From Heterodontus francisci (Eukaryota): 64,000 nt of DNA. The translations under genes were made by a program, and so were the position numbers. The stretch lies in contig NC_090389.1 of NCBI RefSeq assembly GCF_036365525.1, forward strand, positions 84,594,179 through 84,658,178, in the 5' to 3' direction. The notes beneath the pieces are model-generated. The model was given only the letters and a program-made list of their open reading frames with translations, was not told the origin of the DNA and did not search any database. Within the stretch, counting starts at the first letter, position 1. Every line of letters begins with the position of its first letter. Shown piece by piece: positions 63,251 to 64,000 of this stretch.

Positions 63251-64000
63251 CATAACAAATAGCAGCAGGAGTAGGCCATTTGCCTCGAGTCTGCTCCGCC
63301 ATTCAATAAGATCATGGCTGATCTGATTGTGGCCTTAACTCCACTTTCCTGCCAACCCCCCCCATAACCCTTGACTCCCTTGTAAATCAAAAATCTGTCC
63401 AACTCGGCCTTGAATATATTCAATGACTCAGTCTCCACTGCTGTCTGGGGAAGAGAATTGCAAAGATTAAAAATCCAAATACACTGTTCATGCTTTTGCA
63501 TTCCACTTAGTACGCAGGACAATCTTTGCTATATTTCCCCAATAGCACAGGAGGAGTAGAACATGGTGTGCATGCAGAGCATTTTGAAGATATCCTAACA
63601 AATGTGCAGCACAAACCTTCCCATCCATCTGCTTACCCCGGCTGCCTCTGTGGAAACAAAATTATCCCATTGATCCTCATTAGAAAACAAAGCCCACCAG
63701 CTTCACTTTAACAACATTGAAAATTTATTGGGTGCCTAGAAAATGAGGGAATGGCACCATTAGCCACCATTAGCTAGCCTCAACTATAAATGAGGAGCGC
63801 AAGATTAACTCTTGGTTCACGACCAGGAAGAACATACATCTTTCCCGCAATTCCTACACTACAACAGTGACTACACCTCGAATAGTGCTCGGTTAGCTCA
63901 AAACACCTTGGGGCATCCTGTAGTGGTGAAAGGCATTATAGAAATGAAAGTTCTTTCTTTCAAATTTTGGTGTCGTTTCAGTCAACTAAAAAGGAGCAAT

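Overview
Eukaryotic, vertebrate DNA that looks like an elasmobranch (shark) genome. It is dominated by HE1/V-domain SINEs, Deu-domain (SacSINE1-type) SINEs, CR1, L2 and RTE LINE fragments, Penelope-like elements, PIF/Harbinger elements, a decayed Gmr1-type Gypsy element and four solo LTRs. There is one 128-N gap at 13668-13795. No prokaryotic-type system, CRISPR array, rRNA or true tRNA gene is present, and nearly all ORF-track entries are transposon fragments or chance ORFs. The clearest host feature is a CpG-rich, extremely compact head-to-head locus at about 360-720, with splice-donor-terminated first exons on both strands; neither gene could be named. Other highlights: minimal hammerhead-ribozyme motifs in five Penelope-derived repeats, a TSD-flanked inverted Penelope insertion, a multi-layer nested transposon stack, three RFX X-box-like motifs, and several unidentified candidate exons. 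Repeat boundaries are approximate unless a TSD is given, and family names come from motif recall, not from a database search.
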